Part shown: piece after piece, positions 57,962 to 64,000 of the stretch
Layout of the letters: every line of letters begins with the position of its first letter
Position numbering within the stretch: the stretch's first letter is position 1
Source of the DNA: an uncultured Bdellovibrionales bacterium
GTDB taxonomy: Bacteria; Patescibacteriota; Minisyncoccia; Moranbacterales; DUUL01
Reading direction: 5' to 3'
Assembly (NCBI GenBank): GCA_964556685.1
Contig: CAZKWX010000003.1
Coordinates: 78-64,077, forward strand
Length of the DNA: 64,000 nt
The notes under the pieces: generated by a model
The model's input: only the letters and a program-made list of their open reading frames with translations
Databases searched by the model: none
What the model was told of the DNA's origin: nothing
Program-made: the position numbers and the translations under genes

Positions 57962-58306
57962 ATGTCTCAACGAATTCACAAAATAAACGATCTCATTCGA
58001 GATCATTTAGCCAATATTATCAGCAAGAATGTCTCGCTGCCGCGGGATGTTTTTGTCTCCATCACAAAGGTTGACACTTCGAAGGATTTGCGTTATTCTC
58101 GAGTGCTTGTCAGCGTCTTCCCAGAAGACAAAAGAGAGTCGGCCATGAAGATTTTGGAGAAAAATGTTTTTCAAGTTCAAGGCCAACTGAATAAACTGCT
58201 CTCATGCAAGCCGCTTCCTCGGATTGAGTTCATCTCCGACGACACAGAACAAAAAGCTGATGAATTAGAAGAAATCTTCGAGCAAATCCGGAAGGAAAGG
58301 AAATAG
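57962..58306 (+). CDS. rbfA: Ribosome-binding factor A
   Basis: Follows infB; SITKVDTSKDLRYSRVLVS, PRIEFISD. Confidence 0.92.
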   Translation: MSQRIHKINDLIRDHLANIISKNVSLPRDVFVSITKVDTSKDLRYSRVLVSVFPEDKRESAMKILEKNVFQVQGQLNKLLSCKPLPRIEFISDDTEQKADELEEIFEQIRKERK

Positions 58307-58433
58307 GGAACATGGGGTGTAGGCAGTAGGTTAAGTCATAGGAAAGAGGTTGTTGGTTGGTTATTTCTTAAGTCCTACAGCTTATAACCAATCTTACTGC
58401 CAATGCCATATTTCCCAACAACCAGTCAAAAAG

Positions 58434-59408
58434 ATGGAAATTTTAGCTGAAAAATTTGAGCGACTAGAAAAAAGCCTCAGAAAATCAAGGACTCCCCTTT
58501 TGATCGTCCATCCAAAGCCCGACACTGATGCACTTGGATCAGTTTTTTCGCTCTATGAATATATAAAAGAGAGCCATCCTGAAAATCAGCCTAAGATTTT
58601 TAGCATCGACAAACCAAGACTAGAGTTGGAAGAGCTTTTCCCCACTCAAAAAATAGATTATAAGTATAAAATGTCTGATCACGATCTATTCATCTTTCTT
58701 GATCGGGTTGACCTTTATTATAAGCTTGAGATTGATAGTAAGATTGAGAAATTGAAAAAACCGGTTGATGTTTTGGGAATTGATCATCACGCCAATTCAT
58801 ACATCCCTGATTCTCTGGTGGTGCTCGACACCAAAGCTTCGGCCACCAGTGAAATTCTCTATCGATTTTTTGATCACGTTGAATTTTCCTACGACAAAAA
58901 AGTGGCCCAGTATCTGCTTAACGGCATCTATGATGACACCGGCGGCTTTCGTCATGACAACACCTCGCCACTTAGCCTGGAAATCAGTGGTAATCTGATG
59001 AGAAAAGGGGCATCAGTTACTAAAATTAACCGGATTCTGTATTCCAACAAATCAATCAGCACTTTGAAGCTTTGGGGTATTGCTCTTGATCGAGCTCAAG
59101 TCAATCCCAAGACTGGCATGGCCGTCAGCTTCATCACCAAAGCTGACATTGAACGCTGCGGTGCCACTCCCCATGACCTCGATGGGCTTTCCGAAATTCT
59201 CAACACTATTTCTGGCTCAAAATTTTCTTTGGTTTTGTCCGAAAGAGAACAAAATAAAATTCGAGCTTCGCTCAGATCAGAAAGATATAAGAAAATTGAT
59301 GTTTCAAAAATTGCCCGAGAATTCAAAGGTGGCGGTCACACCTTGGCCAGCGGTTTTGAGATCAAGGGTCGTTTACGTCAGGTGGGAGATAGTTGGATTA
59401 TTGAATAG
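58434..59408 (+). CDS. nrnA: DHH/DHHA1 phosphoesterase (NrnA-like)
   Basis: HPKPDTDALGS, IDHH, DTGGF, SLRS, GGGH. Confidence 0.9.
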   Translation: MEILAEKFERLEKSLRKSRTPLLIVHPKPDTDALGSVFSLYEYIKESHPENQPKIFSIDKPRLELEELFPTQKIDYKYKMSDHDLFIFLDRVDLYYKLEIDSKIEKLKKPVDVLGIDHHANSYIPDSLVVLDTKASATSEILYRFFDHVEFSYDKKVAQYLLNGIYDDTGGFRHDNTSPLSLEISGNLMRKGASVTKINRILYSNKSISTLKLWGIALDRAQVNPKTGMAVSFITKADIERCGATPHDLDGLSEILNTISGSKFSLVLSEREQNKIRASLRSERYKKIDVSKIAREFKGGGHTLASGFEIKGRLRQVGDSWIIE

Positions 59409-59608
59409 GTCGTGTAACACATAACTTAGAACACATAACAAGTCCCGCTAAGCGGGATTTTTTACTCCACCTGAGATATCTCATGAGATAAACTACCATT
59501 TAAATGGTAGTTTTACCTCCTTCGTCCCAAGAGTTAAGGCTATAGAGGACAGGTGGTAGTTTTTCTTGGCACAATTTATATTTCCCTTATACTTAATACA
59601 TACGGTAC

Positions 59609-59644
59609 TGAAATGCGATTACCGGTACCGGTAATCGCATTTCA
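59609..59644. repeat. Perfect 36-bp palindrome upstream of nfo
   Basis: TGAAATGCGATTACCGGTACCGGTAATCGCATTTCA. Confidence 0.85.
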
Positions 59645-59684
59645 AAGAACTCAGTCTCTCCCCATCAATCACTAATTACAAGCT

Positions 59685-60554
59685 ATGAAAATCGGCTGTC
59701 ACGTTTCCATCGCCGGAGGATTAGAAAACGCTCCCAAGAACGCTCGGGACTTGGATTGCGAATGTTTTCAAATGTTTTCCCGATCACCTAGAGGCGGAAA
59801 TTACACCCCCCTAGACGAAAAAGGGGCAAAAACATTTCTAGAAGCCTGCAAAAAATATAAATATGAAATTGGCAAGGATTACGTTATCCACTCTCCCTAT
59901 TTTATCAATTTAGCCAGCAGCAATAATCGGATTTATTATGGCTCAATCAATATTTTGCGACAAGAATTAGACACGGCCAGCTTGATTGATTGTCCTTATG
60001 TGATCACACACATTGGTAGCGCTAAGGATATCTCTGGAAAGACGTCGGACGTCTCCAAAGACGTCGGACGTCTCATCCTAAGAGCTATCAAAAAAATCCA
60101 CGAAAAATATTCTGGCAGTGCTCAGTTAGTTTTGGAAATCGCTGCCGGATCAGGCCAGATTATTGGCGATTCGCTTGAAGAAATCGGTTATTTTTTAAAA
60201 CAGGCCAAAAAAGATGATATTGAATTGGGATTTTGTTTTGACACTTGCCACAGCTTTGCAGCTGGTTATGATTTGAGATCAGCAGAAAAAGTGCGAGAAG
60301 TTTTTGCCGAAATTGACAAAGTAATTGGCTTGGATCACCTTAAGTGTATTCACTTCAATGACTCAATGACCGAGTTTGATTCTCACAAGGATCGCCACGA
60401 GCATATTGGCAAGGGTCAAATTGGAAAAGAAAACCTCAAAGAAGTAGTCAAGGTAGCTCAAGAACTTGATCTGAACTTATATTTAGAAACCAAGCATGAT
60501 AAGATAGAAGAAGACCTTAAAGTCACGAAAGGATTTCGTGACAATTCCAGATGA
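59685..60554 (+). CDS. nfo: Endonuclease IV
   Basis: IGCHVSIAGG, HSPYFINLAS, CFDTCH, HFNDS, DRHEHIG, LET. Confidence 0.96.
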   Translation: MKIGCHVSIAGGLENAPKNARDLDCECFQMFSRSPRGGNYTPLDEKGAKTFLEACKKYKYEIGKDYVIHSPYFINLASSNNRIYYGSINILRQELDTASLIDCPYVITHIGSAKDISGKTSDVSKDVGRLILRAIKKIHEKYSGSAQLVLEIAAGSGQIIGDSLEEIGYFLKQAKKDDIELGFCFDTCHSFAAGYDLRSAEKVREVFAEIDKVIGLDHLKCIHFNDSMTEFDSHKDRHEHIGKGQIGKENLKEVVKVAQELDLNLYLETKHDKIEEDLKVTKGFRDNSR

Positions 60555-60653
60555 CAAAATCCCAATGCCAAACCAAGCTCAAATTCCAAATTAATTCTTT
60601 CATGCTTTGTTATTGATTTGTCATTTGATATTTGATATTTATCATTTTAAGTT

Positions 60654-61316
60654 ATGACTCTCAAAGAACTCGAAGAAAAAACTAGAACTTGCACCAAATG
60701 TGGCCTAGCTGATGGTCGCACTCAAGTGGTTCCTGGTGAAGGCAGCGCTAAAGCCGAGGTTATGTTTATTGGTGAAGGCCCGGGTAAAAACGAGGATGAA
60801 CAAGGCCGTCCTTTTGTTGGTGCAGCTGGAAAGTTTCTGACTGAACTGATTGAATTGATAGGAATGAAACGAGAAGACGTTTACATTGCCAACGTGATCA
60901 AGTGTCGACCGCCCAACAATCGTGATCCGATGCCTCACGAAGTTGATGCTTGTTGGCCTTGGTTAGAGCAGCAAATTCAGTTGATTAAACCTAAAATAAT
61001 TGTTCCTTTGGGACGTCACAGTCTAGCCCGATTTTTGCCAGTGGCTCGCATCAGCGGTGACCACGGAAGAGCTTTGCGGAAAAATCTTGAATTTTCAGAT
61101 AAATCCTCTCGCCGGATTATTTTCTTTCCTTGTTATCATCCGGCAGCTGCTTTGTATAATGGTGGACTTCGCGAGGTGATTAAAAAAGACTTTCAAAAAA
61201 TTCCTAAGATTTTAGAGATTGCTGATAAAGAAAAGAATGAGCCTGCTCCTGGTGCTGATTATACCCCTCCAGAAAAAGAAAAGACTGATGAACCTGTTCA
61301 GGGAAGCTTATTTTAG
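60654..61316 (+). CDS. Uracil-DNA glycosylase family 4
   Basis: CTKC, GEGPG, PFVGAAG, KCRPPNNRDP, YHPAA. Confidence 0.95.
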   Translation: MTLKELEEKTRTCTKCGLADGRTQVVPGEGSAKAEVMFIGEGPGKNEDEQGRPFVGAAGKFLTELIELIGMKREDVYIANVIKCRPPNNRDPMPHEVDACWPWLEQQIQLIKPKIIVPLGRHSLARFLPVARISGDHGRALRKNLEFSDKSSRRIIFFPCYHPAAALYNGGLREVIKKDFQKIPKILEIADKEKNEPAPGADYTPPEKEKTDEPVQGSLF

Positions 61317-61375
61317 GTTAAAAAACTCATTATTGACCAAGAATCAGATTATTGATATTGTTAATTGGTATAATT

Positions 61376-61448
61376 GGCCGCGTGGTGAAGTAGCTAACAC
61401 ATCGGTCTGCAAAACCGAGATTCGCGGGTGCAAATCCCGCCGCGGCCT
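61376..61448 (+). tRNA. tRNA-Cys (GCA)
   Basis: GGCCGCG/CGCGGCC-T, TCGGT-CTGCAAA-ACCGA; atypical T loop TGCAAAT. Confidence 0.88.
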
Positions 61449-61461
61449 CAGATATTTTAAT

Positions 61462-61545
61462 GCCCGGGTGGTGAAATTGGTATACACGCGAGACTTAAAA
61501 TTTCGTGGAATTTATTCCGTGCGGGTTCGAGTCCCGCCCCGGGCA
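61462..61545 (+). tRNA. tRNA-Leu (TAA)
   Basis: GCCCGGG/CCCGGGC, CGAGA-CTTAAAA-TTTCG, long variable arm, GCGGG-TTCGAGT-CCCGC. Confidence 0.94.
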
Positions 61546-61696
61546 CACCAACGCAAACTTAGGATTTTAATCACGTATTACTACATTCAGCTGGCCAACC
61601 CAGCAAGTTCAAAAGTCATAGGATTCCCATTTTATATGGGGATACTCATAAACAAAAAAGGTCGCTACCACGCGCCTTTTTTGTTTGTTAAGAATT

Positions 61697-62935
61697 CTAT
61701 TTTAATTCCTTCACCGAGTTAACAAATATTTCTATCCCTTTGTCTAATACGCTTTTTTCTATTGTTAATGGGGGCATCAACTGAATATTTCCACCACTTC
61801 CCAACACTAAGTGCAAGCCATTTTTGTATGCTTTAGTTATAACTTTTTGAGCAAAAGCTTCATTCGGTTCTTTGCTACTCTTGCTTTTAACAAAATCAAC
61901 ACCGACTTCCATTCCAATTCCTCGAATGTCTCCTACTCTTGAATCATCATCTAGCTCCTTTTTTAATAAATTTATGAAATACATTCCGTCTTTCTTAGAT
62001 TTTTCCCATATTTTTTCTCTTTGATGAATTTGTAGAGTTTTAAGAGCGGCAGCACAAGAAGGTGGATTCCAACCGAAGGTAGAGATGAGCGTTGTTTTAT
62101 CACATGTTTTATCCGCAATAGTTTTAGTGGTGACCATTGCCCCGATTGGAGCAACTCCATTAGACATACCTTTCGCGAAAGTAGCAATGTCAGGAACTAT
62201 TCTCTCTAATTCCATGCCATATAATTTACCACACCGAGAAAATCCGGTTCCAACTTCATCTAAAATAAGCAAGGTTCCATATTTTTTTGTCAGTCTTCTT
62301 AATAACTTCAAGTATCCCTTCGGAGCAACGTAGGTTGAGCCCCAACCAGTGATTATTCCCGCCTCTGTGATTATTGCTGCAACATTTTCTCTTTTTAGGA
62401 TTTTTTCTATCTTCTTTTCAAATTCTTCGAGAATTACTTTGGAACTTTTGATTGTTCTATAAGTATTTGGGTATTCAAACCGAATAATTCCTCCTACCAA
62501 TGGTGCTATTACATCTGCATATTCTTTGAAACCAATTGAAATAGTAGCGAAAGATTGTCCATGATAGGTATCTTTGAAGCTAAGTATTTTCTTGCGACCT
62601 GTATATGCCCTTGCTGTTTTCAGCGCTTCTTCATTAGCTTCCGTGCCTCCTGTTGCTCTGCCAACTGCAACTAATTCTTTGGGTAGGGAACTTGTTAGTT
62701 CTTTTGCGAGTTCATTCTGAATTGGATCAGCGGTCCACATTGGGGCGTACGTATTAACCTTCAACTGATTAACCATCGCTTTGGTTATTTCCGGATGGTT
62801 CCAGCCCAGATTTGTTACATTCCAGCCAGAAGTAAAATCAATTAATCTATTCCCCTTGCTGTTCCAAATATAGCTACCTTGAGCTTTTTTCAAATCAAAT
62901 TGCCAGTCAGAAAAAAGAATATTCTTTTTAAGCAT
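61697..62935 (-). CDS. Class III PLP-dependent aminotransferase
   Basis: GGTEANEEALK, YHG, LILDEVGTGFSRCG, PDIATFAKG, STFG, IRGIG. Confidence 0.93.
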   Translation of the reverse strand: MLKKNILFSDWQFDLKKAQGSYIWNSKGNRLIDFTSGWNVTNLGWNHPEITKAMVNQLKVNTYAPMWTADPIQNELAKELTSSLPKELVAVGRATGGTEANEEALKTARAYTGRKKILSFKDTYHGQSFATISIGFKEYADVIAPLVGGIIRFEYPNTYRTIKSSKVILEEFEKKIEKILKRENVAAIITEAGIITGWGSTYVAPKGYLKLLRRLTKKYGTLLILDEVGTGFSRCGKLYGMELERIVPDIATFAKGMSNGVAPIGAMVTTKTIADKTCDKTTLISTFGWNPPSCAAALKTLQIHQREKIWEKSKKDGMYFINLLKKELDDDSRVGDIRGIGMEVGVDFVKSKSSKEPNEAFAQKVITKAYKNGLHLVLGSGGNIQLMPPLTIEKSVLDKGIEIFVNSVKELK

Positions 62936-63035
62936 AGTTATTTGTAACTTTAATTATTATACTTCTGATTTCTTTAATACTGTATTCCAAATTTAACACG
63001 TTCTTATAACATTTCCCAAATTTTTCCGTGCCGTT

Positions 63036-63752
63036 TCATGACATCGCCTTCTTTCTGAGATTCTGAGGCATTTTTTCAATGGCATAGCGCAAGGCTGTGC
63101 GCGGCATTCGATTCTTATTTTTAATTACATAATCAAATACTTCCTTTTGCCAGAAATTAGCTGCCTCTTTAAGCATCCAGCCATAGCCCTTTTGCACTAG
63201 ATCATCTTCATCCAAAAGTAGCTGATCAGCCACCCAAAATATATCTTTGAGATATTTTTTTTCTTTTTGTTTGGCATGATAGATCAAAGTTACCGCTGCG
63301 GCTCGTTTTTCCCAGCGGTTTTCTGATTTGGTCCATTTTTTTAACTTTTTTAATAATTCCGGAAATTGATAAATCAATGTTCCAAAAGTGTGGGTACAGA
63401 AATCATCACAATGAGCCCAATTGTGGACATACTTTTTGAGCCATCTCTCAAATATATTGAAATCATCAATTGTGAAATCTTTTCTGATTTTACAGGCCCA
63501 GGAGAATGCTACCGTCCCATGCTCCATGTAGCCAGTCCTCAATAATCTCTCACAAAGATCAAAAATCTCTTTTTTATCTAGTCCTTTCACTTCTTGAAAG
63601 TATTTCCTTGCAATAGTCCTCGTGTCTTTTGCTCTAACTCCAATGGGATTTATTTTTTCTTTAAAAAAATTCATCGAGCCTTTTTTATATTCTAAGTCTC
63701 GATGCTTTTTTAAATCTCTTGTGATTTGAGTAATAACCTGCTTTTTATCCAT
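63036..63752 (-). CDS. alkD: DNA alkylation repair protein (AlkD-like)
   Basis: NWAHCD, SENRWEKR, LVQKGYGWMLKE, MPRTALRYAIEK. Confidence 0.9.
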   Translation of the reverse strand: MDKKQVITQITRDLKKHRDLEYKKGSMNFFKEKINPIGVRAKDTRTIARKYFQEVKGLDKKEIFDLCERLLRTGYMEHGTVAFSWACKIRKDFTIDDFNIFERWLKKYVHNWAHCDDFCTHTFGTLIYQFPELLKKLKKWTKSENRWEKRAAAVTLIYHAKQKEKKYLKDIFWVADQLLLDEDDLVQKGYGWMLKEAANFWQKEVFDYVIKNKNRMPRTALRYAIEKMPQNLRKKAMS

Positions 63753-63781
63753 AAGCTATACTTAATACCTAATACTATATA

Positions 63782-64000
63782 CTATATATCTTTCAACATT
63801 ATTCCCGCTGCAAACCTTCCAGTGATGTCTTCTTTTCGGTGAGAGAAAAACTCATTAACATGGCAAGCAGTGCAGATCCCCGATATTTCTATATTTTTTC
63901 TTGGGATTCCAGTGTTCTGGAGTTGAATTTGGTTAGCTCTCCAAAGATCAAGATACCTTTTCCCATCTTTTTCTGCCAATACATGATCTTCTTCTTTATA
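63782..64000 (-). CDS. pgeF: YfiH/PgeF (polyphenol oxidase-like) family protein, C-terminal part
   Basis: LDLWRANQIQL, ISGICTAC, FFSHR..TGR. Confidence 0.85.
   Translation of the reverse strand, partial: YKEEDHVLAEKDGKRYLDLWRANQIQLQNTGIPRKNIEISGICTACHVNEFFSHRKEDITGRFAAGIMLKDI

Noticed and set aside
1-64000. Genome-wide TGA recoding
   Set aside because: TGA ends dnaX, nfo, alkD and others at expected positions, and long core genes contain no in-frame TGA
1-64000. CRISPR array or dif site
   Set aside because: No regularly spaced repeat-spacer array and no convincing 28-bp dif match seen by eye

Overview
AT-rich bacterial chromosome segment in the standard genetic code (TGA ends dnaX, nfo and alkD). 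Gene content and style suggest Patescibacteria/CPR (Parcubacteria-like); this is inference. Core genes include ftsK, dnaX, metK, ruvB, rsmA, tsf, rpsB, pnp, ileS, lspA, comM, xer, infB, rbfA, nfo and udg, interleaved with single orphan genes. RNA content: 7 tRNA genes (Gln-TTG, Thr-TGT, Tyr-GTA, Thr-GGT with a 210-nt group I intron, Val-GAC, Cys-GCA, Leu-TAA), a SAM-I riboswitch and an ileS T-box. The most unusual signals are non-coding. (1) Two independent 'tRNA inside a tRNA' loci (Thr, Val): an intact tRNA lies between the 5' and 3' ends of an older tRNA broken by palindromic REP-like inserts. (2) A LAGLIDADG-like ORF whose stop codon lies inside tRNA-Gln. (3) Two stand-alone structured RNAs that I cannot assign, each with its own promoter and terminator (~430 nt at 44.9-45.4 kb, ~200 nt at 28.3-28.5 kb). 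(4) Scattered tandem 12-bp palindrome arrays, one in front of a small AbrB-type gene. (5) Two accessory ORFs broken by a single in-frame TGA. No CRISPR array, rRNA, transposase or prophage is evident.
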